Positions 1 through 9,960 of a stretch of 64,000 nt of DNA are shown piece after piece. The position numbers were made by a program, and so were the translations under genes. The first letter of the stretch is position 1, and every line of letters begins with the position of its first letter. The stretch is from contig CBDFFH010000053.1 in assembly GCA_965246715.1 (NCBI GenBank), positions 1-64,000 of the forward strand, in the 5' to 3' direction. The notes under the pieces were generated by a model. It saw only the letters and a list, made by a program, of their open reading frames with translations, was not told the origin of the DNA and ran no database searches. Origin of the DNA: Chamaesiphon sp. GTDB taxonomy: Bacteria > Cyanobacteriota > Cyanobacteriia > Cyanobacteriales > Chamaesiphonaceae.

Positions 1-143
1 TCGGTACGATCGAGCCGCAGTGGCTTCTCACAACCATCCAAATATAATTGATAATATTCTGGCGATTGTTCGGGGATTAAGGCAATGAAGCGATTGCGGT
101 CGAATATCTTGCCAGAAGGTAATTTGAGAATATTAAGTGCCAT
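1..143 (-). CDS. Hypothetical protein, N-terminal part (runs off the left edge)
   Basis: ATG at 143 on the - strand, open to the window edge: MALNILKLPSGKIFDRNRFIALIPEQSPEYYQLYLDGCEKPLRLDRT. Not in the ORF track because it has no stop in the window. Confidence 0.6.
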   Translation of the reverse strand, partial: MALNILKLPSGKIFDRNRFIALIPEQSPEYYQLYLDGCEKPLRLDRT

Positions 144-184
144 CTCGATCGGGAAATTATCGCTCTTAATTATACCGATTGTTT

Positions 185-2035
185 TCACTCTAATGATTTT
201 TTGCCACTCACGCCTACTCCATTCACTGCCGCCAATTGAGTTTGATAGATGTGTACTTCATCTGTCAAACCAGGAATGCCAGGAATGTCATTATCGTAAA
301 GTTTAAAGCCTTGGCCGATCGATTTGGTTAGCACATCGGAGGCAAAACCTTGATAATAAATCGGGACGGGACGATTGCTATGATTGCCCCAGCCATATTT
401 ACCAGTTTCGGGTAGCTCCTTACCTGTATCATCCTTCGCTACTACTGGTTGCGAACCCCAATAGTGTCCGGCATCGATGGCGGTATCTACATCTGTCAAC
501 CCTTTACCGCCCTGACGACGCAGCCGATCGGGAAAATCATCATTGAGTGTTAGATAATGATCGTGGTCAGCGGTGACGATCAGTTGATTGCGTTCCCAAC
601 CACCATGCGCTCTAATCCAATTAATTACCGTCCCAACAGATCGATCGAAATCCAAAGTCGTACCGATAAGATTGTCTAGATTATTATCGTGAGCGGCCCA
701 ATCGATATCGCCACCTTCAATCATCAACCAAAAACCCTTGGGATTTTTGCTCAATACGGTTAGAGCCGCTTGAGTCAGATCGTTTAGGGTAGGGTTTTCA
801 TTGCGTTCGCGTTGGATGAATTTTGCATCGGTTTCACCAGCAGCCAGCGGACGCTCGGTATCGGGTTTCAAACCGCGCGTGGTATGCACGGTAAACATAT
901 CTAATCCAGTCGTGCTATAGTCCCGAGTTGCCGCGCTGACAGGGAGATTACCATTTTGTCCGCGCGCGCCATAGATCCCGAGCAATCTTTCGCCGCGATT
1001 CACTTTAGCAGCAGTTTGAGCCAATTTTTGGGCAGCATTGGCACCGCGTTCGAGGAAGGTATATTGATAGATATTATTATTAGGTTTGGTGCTGAGTTCG
1101 CGATAGGTTGGCTCGCTAATGTAAGTATGGTCTGGCTCTACGCCAGTTGGTAACAGTTTTTTGGCATTGGATAATGGATGTCCGCCGCCCAAAAGCACCG
1201 TCGGCTGATAGATCCTCAGTTGCTGTTGGAGGATATTATCGAGGGCAGAGGCATCCTTGGAGTTGACATCGTACTTCGTCCGCCGATTGACATTTGCGGA
1301 GGCTGCGCCTGGGGTAGCATGATCGATCGGTACTGAAGTAACGAGTCCAGTCGATTTACCTGCGAGCGCGGCAGTTTTAAGGATCGTTGTCAGCGGACGT
1401 TCGTAGATATCGACCCCGATCGCGTTATTGTAGCTTTTTACGCCTGTGTAAAGAGCAGTAGCGGTGTTGGCAGAGTCGGGATAGCTAGCTTTGATATATT
1501 CTTTGTCGGTGCCGGGAGTCCAGGGATTGGCTCCACCCCGAATTCGATCGTAACCTACTAAATTTCCAGTGACGGGGTTTGATGTGGTGGTGTTATCCTT
1601 ATTAGAGCGATCGGGATTGAACTTGGGATTAAATTTGAAGTTAGGACGAACGGGACTAGCTCCAGTGGGCTTTTTAGAGTCGTCTAGGGCACTATTGTTG
1701 CTACTATACTTACCCGTACTATCGGCAACAGTGGTACCGTAGGTAGTGGCAAGGGCATAGCCCTTGAGAGTCTGCATATTTAGCCCCGAACCGCGTCCTT
1801 GAGTATAAAAATCTTTTAGCGTTTTACCGGATTTACCGCGATCGATCTCAGCTTTAATCGCGGCGGCTCTAGCCATTTCCCACCCCATCCCATCACCGAT
1901 CATCAGGATTGTATTGCGCTGGGGTTCGGGTGCGCGCACTTGGCGCGACGAGGACGGGGTAATGGTGACAACTAGGAGTAGGGAAATCGCCGCTACTACA
2001 AACCACTTACTGACGATTCGATTGAGATATTTCAC
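185..2035 (-). CDS. phoA: Alkaline phosphatase (PhoA family), secreted
   Basis: Motifs ILMIGDGMG, PDSANTATA (catalytic Ser), HATPGA, EGGDIDWAAH, TADHDH; N-terminal signal peptide. Confidence 0.85.
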   Translation of the reverse strand: MKYLNRIVSKWFVVAAISLLLVVTITPSSSRQVRAPEPQRNTILMIGDGMGWEMARAAAIKAEIDRGKSGKTLKDFYTQGRGSGLNMQTLKGYALATTYGTTVADSTGKYSSNNSALDDSKKPTGASPVRPNFKFNPKFNPDRSNKDNTTTSNPVTGNLVGYDRIRGGANPWTPGTDKEYIKASYPDSANTATALYTGVKSYNNAIGVDIYERPLTTILKTAALAGKSTGLVTSVPIDHATPGAASANVNRRTKYDVNSKDASALDNILQQQLRIYQPTVLLGGGHPLSNAKKLLPTGVEPDHTYISEPTYRELSTKPNNNIYQYTFLERGANAAQKLAQTAAKVNRGERLLGIYGARGQNGNLPVSAATRDYSTTGLDMFTVHTTRGLKPDTERPLAAGETDAKFIQRERNENPTLNDLTQAALTVLSKNPKGFWLMIEGGDIDWAAHDNNLDNLIGTTLDFDRSVGTVINWIRAHGGWERNQLIVTADHDHYLTLNDDFPDRLRRQGGKGLTDVDTAIDAGHYWGSQPVVAKDDTGKELPETGKYGWGNHSNRPVPIYYQGFASDVLTKSIGQGFKLYDNDIPGIPGLTDEVHIYQTQLAAVNGVGVSGKKSLE

Positions 2036-2186
2036 GATCTATTGCTACAAAGTTACTATTATCAACATATCCGTTATTGGTACAGCCGATTCAGAGAATC
2101 GGCTGTGAAAACCTAGTGTACAATAGCGACTCGATCGAGAATGTGCTAAATTTTTCAGTGAATAGCTCGGCTCGAACCAATTTTTG

Positions 2187-2354
2187 CTAAATCATTGCAG
2201 TAATATAAGTAGGGTTGGATATCCAGATATTTTTGTGAGCAAAAATAAATTCGCTGTAGTTACCGAGGTCATCCATTCCGGCAAGATTTAATAAGACTTC
2301 AGTGAAGAGCCAGATTGCGATTTCAATAATGATTTTGCGCCAGTTGGTTTTCAT
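2187..2354 (-). CDS. Small hydrophobic hypothetical protein (55 aa)
   Basis: GGAG RBS before ATG at 2354; MKTNWRKIIIEIAIWLFTEVLLNLAGMDDLGNYSEFIF resembles a conserved small cyanobacterial protein. Confidence 0.6.
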   Translation of the reverse strand: MKTNWRKIIIEIAIWLFTEVLLNLAGMDDLGNYSEFIFAHKNIWISNPTYITAMI

Positions 2355-2497
2355 TGTCGTCCGCTCCGGGATCGAGTGACTAAAGTTATCTACGGTTGAG
2401 GATTGAGTACTTATGCAACTAACAATTACTACAGGGGACAATCCCCTAGTTCCTGAATTGGTGCGCTCTCCTGATTCAGGATTTTGATAAATGTGCA

Positions 2498-3112
2498 ATG
2501 GTCGTTAGTTTGTACTCTCTAAACTCTCCAATTCGATCGATCTATACCGATGGTAGTGGTAATCTCGGCTTGTGCGGCTATGCAGCAGTGGTGCAGTTTG
2601 AAGATGGTAGCAGCATCGATCTCGGCGGCTGTGAAGCAAAAAGCACCAACCATCGCGCCGAATTACTCGGTTTAATCGTTGCCCTAGTATATCTCAGCGA
2701 CAATCCGCAACCGATGCCAGTACCGATCTTTAGTGATTCTCAATATGCAGTTGATGGCTTGAACGAGCATTGGGTGGCTACTTGGCAACTAAATAACTGG
2801 TTTAATACCAAAGGTAAGCCCGTCGTCAATCAAGACTTATGGGAACGCCTAGAGGTATTACGGGCTGTTCCCGCAACCTTCCATCATCTGCGCGGACACA
2901 CCGATGCACTCGGTAAAAAAGGAAAAGACGCATTAGCCAAAAATCGATCGCGCTTCGGCGCTGATACCGAACTCCACAATCGCGGTAATCTTGCCGCCGA
3001 TAAAGCCGCAGATCGGTTTCGGCTGGGAATGGCAACTCCCACCCATCAGATCGATCTACAATCGATCGCACCAAGTAATTTTTTAGTAACGATCGATCTG
3101 CTCCCAGATTAA
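2498..3112 (+). CDS. rnhA: Ribonuclease HI
   Basis: IYTDGS, STNHRAEL, SDSQY, KPVVNQDLW, RGH, GN..AD. Confidence 0.9.
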   Translation: MVVSLYSLNSPIRSIYTDGSGNLGLCGYAAVVQFEDGSSIDLGGCEAKSTNHRAELLGLIVALVYLSDNPQPMPVPIFSDSQYAVDGLNEHWVATWQLNNWFNTKGKPVVNQDLWERLEVLRAVPATFHHLRGHTDALGKKGKDALAKNRSRFGADTELHNRGNLAADKAADRFRLGMATPTHQIDLQSIAPSNFLVTIDLLPD

Positions 3113-3162
3113 ATGGGTAGCAGGGTATGAAATGATAAGATAACCGACAAGCATTGCTAGGT

Positions 3163-3993
3163 ATGCGCCGCGACACGATTTTTTATCGGCTATTTCAACA
3201 GTCACCGAGTTTATTATTCGAGTTGGTATCCCCACCGCCGGAAAATGCGGAGCGATATACTTTTGAAGCTGTTGAGGTCAAAGAAACAGGTTTTCGGATG
3301 GATGGAGTATTCGTACCGCCAGATCGAACGGGAATAGTCTATTTCTGCGAGGTACAATTTCAGCTTGATGAAGTACTCTACGAGCGCATCGACTGCGAAC
3401 GGAGTATTTATGTCTACCGCAACCGCGAACGATTATTCGATTGGCGAGTGGTAGTAATTTATCCCACCCGAAGCATCGAGCAATCCCGCCTAGAGACAGT
3501 ACGCGAGCAATTAGCGAGCGGACGAATCTTGCGGATCTATCTCGATGAGCTAGGCGAGATTCCAGATCTGCCAATTGGGTTGGGCATGATGGTATTAACA
3601 ACAGTGGAAGACGATATTGCCACGATCGCAGCAAAGGCTCTAATCGCACGCGCTGAAGGTAGCCGAGATATAATTAACCTGATATCGACAATTATGGTTT
3701 ACAAATTTAGCAATCTGAGTAGAGAGGAGGTAGATGTGTTGCTAGGAATCGAGCTACAACAGACACGAGTGTATCAAGAGGCTAAGGCTGAAGGTAAAGC
3801 TGAAGGTAAAGCTGAAGAAGGTAGAAAGTTAATTATCAAACAATTAACCCGCAAATTAGGCGAGATCGCCCCTCAACAGCTCGATCGAATCAACGGTTTA
3901 TCGATCGAAGGGGTAGAATCTCTTGGCGAAGCTCTTTTAGATTTTACCAATACTCCGGATTTGGCAGCATGGTTGAGTCAAAATTCAGGTTAG
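3163..3993 (+). CDS. Rpn-family PD-(D/E)XK protein (DUF2887 + DUF4351-like C-terminus)
   Basis: MRRDTIFYRLF, EVKETGFRMDGVF, FCEVQFQ, EGKA repeats, LGEALLDF..DL.AWL. Confidence 0.85.
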   Translation: MRRDTIFYRLFQQSPSLLFELVSPPPENAERYTFEAVEVKETGFRMDGVFVPPDRTGIVYFCEVQFQLDEVLYERIDCERSIYVYRNRERLFDWRVVVIYPTRSIEQSRLETVREQLASGRILRIYLDELGEIPDLPIGLGMMVLTTVEDDIATIAAKALIARAEGSRDIINLISTIMVYKFSNLSREEVDVLLGIELQQTRVYQEAKAEGKAEGKAEEGRKLIIKQLTRKLGEIAPQQLDRINGLSIEGVESLGEALLDFTNTPDLAAWLSQNSG

Positions 3994-4079
3994 AATCGAA
4001 CTCCGACCTCGGTAAATATTTTTATTGCCACTACATATTTACAGTCGGCAAACACAATTTATAATTTACAATTCCGCCC

Positions 4080-4727
4080 ATGTTCGTTGCTGAATCAAAT
4101 CTAGATCGTGCCATTCCGATCGATAAAATTAAATACGACGATCGGGGGTTAGTACCCGCGATCGTGCAAGACTATCTGGATGGAACGGTATTGATGATGG
4201 CATGGATGAATGCCGAATCACTCCAAAAAACTCTAGATACAGGCGAAACATGGTTCTGGAGTCGATCGCGTCAAGAATTTTGGCATAAAGGCGCAACTAG
4301 CGGACACCTTCAGCACGTTAAGGATATTCGCTATGATTGCGATAGCGATGCGCTACTAGTCACTGTCGAGCAAGTTGGCGATATTGCCTGTCATATGGGC
4401 GAACGGAGTTGCTTCCATCAAATTTCAGCAACTAAAGTCGCACCGCCAGCGGATACATTATCGGATCTCTACGCTACTATTTGCGATCGACGCGACAATC
4501 CTCGCGAGGGTTCCTACACCCAAACCTTATTTGCTGGTGGCGATAATAAAATTCTCAAGAAAATTGGTGAAGAAGCTGTCGAAGTCGCGATGGCTTGCAA
4601 AGATGACGACCCCGAGCAAATTGCTGGCGAAGTCGCCGATCTTTTTTACCATACATTAGTCGCGATCTCTCACCACCGCGTTAGCCTCCGCGACGTATAC
4701 CGCAAACTCCAGTCGCGGAGAAAGTAA
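4080..4727 (+). CDS. hisIE: Phosphoribosyl-AMP cyclohydrolase / phosphoribosyl-ATP pyrophosphatase
   Basis: [38 protein letters not shown]. Confidence 0.97.
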   Translation: MFVAESNLDRAIPIDKIKYDDRGLVPAIVQDYLDGTVLMMAWMNAESLQKTLDTGETWFWSRSRQEFWHKGATSGHLQHVKDIRYDCDSDALLVTVEQVGDIACHMGERSCFHQISATKVAPPADTLSDLYATICDRRDNPREGSYTQTLFAGGDNKILKKIGEEAVEVAMACKDDDPEQIAGEVADLFYHTLVAISHHRVSLRDVYRKLQSRRK

Positions 4728-4770
4728 TCTGGTAGGGGTGCCCCTCCAAATTTTTTATTCATTGCCTCCC

Positions 4771-6063
4771 ATGCTGACAGAAATCGGACAAAAAACTCGA
4801 CTAGCCGCTCAACATTTAGCCAGTCTCTCTGCCGATGCTAAAAATCAAGCGATCGAAGCTGTTGCTAAATCTCTAGAAACTCATGCCGCCGAAATCGTCG
4901 CGGCAAATGCTGCCGATTGTGCAGCAGCTAAAGGTCAGATTGCCGCCGCTTTATATGCACGATTAAAACTCGATGTAACTAAACTCAACAGCGCGATTTT
5001 GGGCGTACGCGATGTCGGTAAATTAGCCGATCCGGTCGGCCAAATTCAGATTAACAGAGAATTAGACACTGGCCTAGTTTTACAGCGGACTAGCTGCCCC
5101 GTAGGTGTCTTAGGCGTGATTTTTGAGGCGCGTCCTGATGCGGTAATTCAGATTGCGAGTTTGGCAATTAAATCGGGGAACGGGGTAATTTTAAAAGGTG
5201 GCCGCGAAGCGATCGAGTCTTGTACCGTACTCGTTAAAGCGATTAAAGCTGGTTTGGCACAGTCAGCAGTGCATCCCGATGTCGTGCAGCTTTTGACCAC
5301 CCGATCGGAAACTACCGAATTACTTAAATTAGACCGTTATGTCGATCTAATTATTCCGCGCGGTTCTAATGAATTCGTGAAATACGTCCAGGATAATACT
5401 CGTATTCCCGTGCTCGGACATGCGGATGGAATTTGTCATTTGTATGTAGATAGCGAAGCAGATATCGATAAAGCAATCGCGATCGCGATCGATTCTAAAA
5501 CTCAGTATCCCGCAGCTTGTAACGCGATCGAAACCTTGCTCGTGCATCACTCGATCGCTCCTGAATTTTTACCGCTAATTATTAGTAAATTGCAGGCACA
5601 TGGAGTCGAAATTCGACTAGATGAAATCGGACACCAAATCTTAGGTGTAGCAAGCTGTTCGAGTATTGCCCTAGCCACTGAAACTGATTGGACGACTGAA
5701 TATAGCGATCTGATTCTCTCGATTAAAATAGTTCCAGATTTCGAGGCGGCAATTACACACATCAACACCTATGGTTCGCGGCATACCGAAAGTATCGTCA
5801 CTGAGAATATCGATACTGCCAAAGTATTTATGAATCAGGTAGATGCCGCAGGCGTATTCCATAATTGCTCGACTCGATTTGCCGATGGTTTTCGGTATGG
5901 GTTCGGTGCCGAAGTCGGGATTAGTACTCAAAAAATGCCCCCACGCGGACCAGTGGGATTAGAAGGATTGATTACTTATAAGTATCAATTAACTGGCGAC
6001 GGACACATTGCTGCAACCTACACTGGTGAAAAGGCTAAGCCTTTTACACATCGCTATTTGTAA
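4771..6063 (+). CDS. proA: Glutamate-5-semialdehyde dehydrogenase
   Basis: [45 protein letters not shown] at 4771 chosen as start. Confidence 0.97.
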   Translation: MLTEIGQKTRLAAQHLASLSADAKNQAIEAVAKSLETHAAEIVAANAADCAAAKGQIAAALYARLKLDVTKLNSAILGVRDVGKLADPVGQIQINRELDTGLVLQRTSCPVGVLGVIFEARPDAVIQIASLAIKSGNGVILKGGREAIESCTVLVKAIKAGLAQSAVHPDVVQLLTTRSETTELLKLDRYVDLIIPRGSNEFVKYVQDNTRIPVLGHADGICHLYVDSEADIDKAIAIAIDSKTQYPAACNAIETLLVHHSIAPEFLPLIISKLQAHGVEIRLDEIGHQILGVASCSSIALATETDWTTEYSDLILSIKIVPDFEAAITHINTYGSRHTESIVTENIDTAKVFMNQVDAAGVFHNCSTRFADGFRYGFGAEVGISTQKMPPRGPVGLEGLITYKYQLTGDGHIAATYTGEKAKPFTHRYL

Positions 6064-6104
6064 GATTATCCTTGCATCTTGCTCGATCGATCGGACAACT
6101 ATTC

Positions 6105-6152
6105 AAGTCCGCGTAGGTGGACTTTGTTTGATTAGCTGCGAATTCATTCGCC
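6105..6152. repeat. REP-like double-hairpin element
   Basis: aagtcc-gcgtaggt-ggactt ... gcgaattcattcgc; a related copy in reverse orientation lies inside the MITE at 51771-51900. Confidence 0.65.
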
Positions 6153-6174
6153 GAACTGCTAGATTGAGATATGA

Positions 6175-6216
6175 ATTTAGGGTAGGGGCAATTCATAAAT
6201 TGCCCCTACCCTAAAT
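6175..6216. repeat. GTAG-type REP palindrome; may act as a bidirectional terminator
   Basis: Perfect 19-bp inverted repeat atttagggtaggggcaatt / aattgcccctaccctaaat with a 4-nt loop, between convergent genes. Confidence 0.8.
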
Positions 6217-6255
6217 CTTGCCGATCTCAACTTGTCTCCAACAATGCCTTAAATT

Positions 6256-8688
6256 CTAAGGATGCAGTCTCTGCCATAACTGTGGTAGATCGAAGCGAAA
6301 TAGGGCTGAGACTATTTTGAGTGTCTGCAATGCTTGCAGCGGTGAAGGTAAAGCTTCGGCCTTTTTAAAAACTGTTTCTGCGGCTTGTGGCTGCCAATTA
6401 TACAATCTGACTACTCCTAAATAAGTCCATGCAGAAGGATTTTGAGGATCTTGGTTGACGATTTGAGTGAGATTTTCTAGTAATGGATCGATTTGACGTT
6501 GTAAGGCTTGCGTGAGTGCGAGAGTGTATCTCAAGTTTAGATCGGTATTTCCGTGGGAGAGGCGATATTCGATCGCGTGTTGTGCTTGGATTAAATAGTC
6601 TTGAACGGGATCGTATTGATTGATAATCGCGATTTCACCGAACACTGGATCTGTCTTACCCTGTGCAAATAACGGACTCAATCGGTGCAATTGAGTAATT
6701 AGATCTAGCTGGTTCGATCGAGTTTGGATCGATCGAATTTCAATTTTTGGGACAGTTAATGGAAATGTTGTTCCAGTCTTTCGATTGAGATAAGTTGCTG
6801 TCAGTTGGTATGTGTCGATCGGTAATTTTGCAGGTGGTAGCATTGCCGAATGCTCGGTAATCCGAAAACTGGGGATGTTGGTACGATCGAGATATAATTC
6901 GCCCAAACCAATCCCGAGATCGTGATACCAAGTACGATCGTTACTTTGCCAGGTGAAGATTAAGATGCCGTCTTTGAGTAATTCTCGATCGCCACTGAGT
7001 TGATAAGTTGTATCGATCGAATCTCCTGAGGTTGGGGCGATAATAACTTTATCTAATCGCACGTCTTTAATGCTTTCAATTATCGGTTCGACTACGATTG
7101 GCAGTTCTTTCCGTCGATATAATTTAAGGATGCTACTGTCACGAGTTTGCCAGCTTTTATGTAGTTGTAAGTTTGGATCATTTTCGACGATCGGTAATAA
7201 CTTTTTATCGATCTTACCGATATCACCTGTCTTCAGTGCATACCAATTAAAAGCTTTTATATCTTTCTCGATTAGTTGCTGTTCTGCTTTAGCGCTATTA
7301 TTAAATTCTCGTGCGTAAACCTGAAAATCATTAGCTTGACCGTAAAAATCAAGATTTTCAAAATTAATCTCTGGACTCGATACCATCGAACCGATGTTTG
7401 CTCTGAGGTATGGCTGGTTATTGATAATCTCTTTTATCAGTTGTTGGCCGCTTAATTCTGGTTGGGTCTGCAACATGTGCGGGTAGCTGTATCCAAACTG
7501 GGTCATCGATCGCAAGCCATCTATACCCGCAATTGGCAACATGTGAATTAATAGCAATAATCCATTCAAACCAACAGCAAACCATTTTAATCGCCGCAAC
7601 CAAGTAGTTTGAAATAGATTGAAACTGGCAGCAATAAAGATACTGAGAATTGGGAACAGTGGCGCAATAAATCGACAATCTTTATTTGTAGCTAAACTAC
7701 AAAATACATAACCGCCGACAAAATATGCTAGTAGCCAGATTATTTGGGTTAAATAGATCTTACTTCTTAACTTAGATCGATCGAACAGCCAGATTAAGGT
7801 GCAACCGATCGTCACAACTAAAATCGGCGGAGAAATTAAATCTGGTAACTTTTTGATATAGTATAACCAGCCTGCTAAAGTCATCCCGCTGGGGTCACCT
7901 TCTCCTGTTCCCATTGCATTAGCAGCAAGTGCAGAAGTGATAATTGTCAACCAATTTTGGCGATACCAACCACCACAAATTCCCCAAGCGATCGCTAATG
8001 CTATTCCAGCTTGTAATAGTCCCCACCAGTTACAATTTTTGAGAAATAAGCCTAATACAAATAGTCCAGGAATTAATAGGAAGAGAAACCCAGTTGGTTT
8101 GGTTAGCATCAAGCAACCAAATAGAATCCCAAAAAGTAAACTATAGCCCCAAGCTTTGAGTTTTGTCGGGGCATCTTTCCACAGCGTTAGAACTACAAAA
8201 GTTAGGGTAGTAATGGCGACGATGCCATAGTCGAGTAAATAGTCGAGTTGAAAAGATAGTAGAGCTGGAAACATCAAGCACAGTCCAGCCGCCCATAATC
8301 CGACAGTTCGATCGAATGCGCGTTTGCCTAAATAGTAAGTCGTGTAGGTAGTAATCGGAATGAATAGCAGATTGACGGCGATTCCAGCGTTAAAACTTTT
8401 ACCAAAAATATTTAAAAATGGAACTGTTAGAAAATAAATAAAGGGCGCGCGATAAGAAGTCGATCCCGCCCATAGCTCGTGCCACCAATCGGATGATAAT
8501 AGTTGATTTCGATCGATAATTTTCTGAAAAATTAGCGCATTTGTTAGATGTGCAGATTGATCCCAAGAGGGAAGAGATCGATCGATCGATAGCCACATAA
8601 TCTGGAGCGTCATGCCGATAATCGAGATCGTAATTAGTATTAGGGAATCTCGACGATCGAATTCAACTGGATCGAGCTTTTTCATCAT
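6256..8688 (-). CDS. GT-C membrane glycosyltransferase (ArnT/PMT-like) with C-terminal TPR-like region
   Basis: PSWDQSAH and YRAPF motifs, many TM helices, TPR-like C-terminus. Confidence 0.8.
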   Translation of the reverse strand: MMKKLDPVEFDRRDSLILITISIIGMTLQIMWLSIDRSLPSWDQSAHLTNALIFQKIIDRNQLLSSDWWHELWAGSTSYRAPFIYFLTVPFLNIFGKSFNAGIAVNLLFIPITTYTTYYLGKRAFDRTVGLWAAGLCLMFPALLSFQLDYLLDYGIVAITTLTFVVLTLWKDAPTKLKAWGYSLLFGILFGCLMLTKPTGFLFLLIPGLFVLGLFLKNCNWWGLLQAGIALAIAWGICGGWYRQNWLTIITSALAANAMGTGEGDPSGMTLAGWLYYIKKLPDLISPPILVVTIGCTLIWLFDRSKLRSKIYLTQIIWLLAYFVGGYVFCSLATNKDCRFIAPLFPILSIFIAASFNLFQTTWLRRLKWFAVGLNGLLLLIHMLPIAGIDGLRSMTQFGYSYPHMLQTQPELSGQQLIKEIINNQPYLRANIGSMVSSPEINFENLDFYGQANDFQVYAREFNNSAKAEQQLIEKDIKAFNWYALKTGDIGKIDKKLLPIVENDPNLQLHKSWQTRDSSILKLYRRKELPIVVEPIIESIKDVRLDKVIIAPTSGDSIDTTYQLSGDRELLKDGILIFTWQSNDRTWYHDLGIGLGELYLDRTNIPSFRITEHSAMLPPAKLPIDTYQLTATYLNRKTGTTFPLTVPKIEIRSIQTRSNQLDLITQLHRLSPLFAQGKTDPVFGEIAIINQYDPVQDYLIQAQHAIEYRLSHGNTDLNLRYTLALTQALQRQIDPLLENLTQIVNQDPQNPSAWTYLGVVRLYNWQPQAAETVFKKAEALPSPLQALQTLKIVSALFRFDLPQLWQRLHP

Positions 8689-8694
8689 ATAGTT

Positions 8695-9831
8695 CTAAAT
8701 TGCCGACTTAAACCAGCCGCGTTTCCAGAAAAAGAAAACCAAACTTCCGGCGATAATTGCCATTAACGATAAACAAGCTGGATAGCCCCAATACCAATCG
8801 AGTTCTGGCATATTAAGTGGTGATTTTTCGCGACTAAAATTCATGCCATATACGCCTGCAATGAATGTCAGCGGGATAAAAATTGCCGAAACGATCGTCA
8901 GTAATTTCATGATTTCATTCATTTTATTACTCACTGCCGAGAGATAGACATCCATCAGTCCGGTAGCTAACTCTCGATAAGTTTCTACCATGTCCATCAC
9001 CTGGACGGTATGGTCGTAGCAGTCGCGTAAATAGATCTGAACATCATGACTAATCAACTCGCTACCGTCGCGGATCAGCGAATTAATCGCATCGCGTTGC
9101 GGCCAAATCGCCCGTCTGACGGTAAGTAACTCACGCCGGATTTTATAAATTTTCTCTAAGGTAGAGCGATCGGGTTTGGTCATCACCTCTTCTTCCAATT
9201 CCTCGATTAATTCCCCGTAATATTCTAAAACAGGGAAAAACCCATCGACGATCGCATCGAGCAAGCAATAAGCCAAATAATCCGCACCTTGTTTGCGAAT
9301 GATCCCGCGATCTCCTTCAATGCGTTGGCGGACTCCATGAAAACAGTCTTCTTCGGGTTCTTCTTGAACTGTCAGGAGATAGTTTTTTCCCAAAACCAAA
9401 CTTACTTGTTCTTTGCTAAATCCAGTCCGATCGGCATTTAACACTACCATGATCGCAATAATCAATACTTGGTCTTGATAGTGTTCCACCTTGGGACGTT
9501 GTGGCACATTCACGACATCTTCTACCAAGAGCCGATGGAGATTAAAGATACCGCTCAGTGCATCCCAGGTCGCTAGATTGCCCAGTCCCAATACATCGAT
9601 CCAAGACACGGTATGCGTCTCCAGATATCTGCTAATTATCGCTGGATCGTGGAGATCGATCCGCTCCGATCGATCGCAATTATAGTCAATTAGCACCAAA
9701 TCTGCTGGTGGAGCATCTTTCGGTACATTTAATTGTCCCGGTGTGGTTCCAGGTCGATCGTAAAAATAATCGACTCGCGAGGTCGATGGCGGCACATATG
9801 TGCTGGGAAATGCTTCTGGTTGAGTTGGCAT
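8695..9831 (-). CDS. corA: Magnesium/cobalt transporter CorA
   Basis: YGMNF signature, MPELDW loop, two C-terminal TM helices; ATG at 9831 chosen as start. Confidence 0.95.
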   Translation of the reverse strand: MPTQPEAFPSTYVPPSTSRVDYFYDRPGTTPGQLNVPKDAPPADLVLIDYNCDRSERIDLHDPAIISRYLETHTVSWIDVLGLGNLATWDALSGIFNLHRLLVEDVVNVPQRPKVEHYQDQVLIIAIMVVLNADRTGFSKEQVSLVLGKNYLLTVQEEPEEDCFHGVRQRIEGDRGIIRKQGADYLAYCLLDAIVDGFFPVLEYYGELIEELEEEVMTKPDRSTLEKIYKIRRELLTVRRAIWPQRDAINSLIRDGSELISHDVQIYLRDCYDHTVQVMDMVETYRELATGLMDVYLSAVSNKMNEIMKLLTIVSAIFIPLTFIAGVYGMNFSREKSPLNMPELDWYWGYPACLSLMAIIAGSLVFFFWKRGWFKSAI

Positions 9832-9960
9832 GGTGAGAAAAAGATGGACGAATGATAATAAATCGAGATCCACTCCCGCTCGAATTAAAGATCGAGTGGC
9901 TAGCGACCGATCTCCAGTCACCAGCCACTAAACCCAACGATCGCGACTCGATCTAGATTG

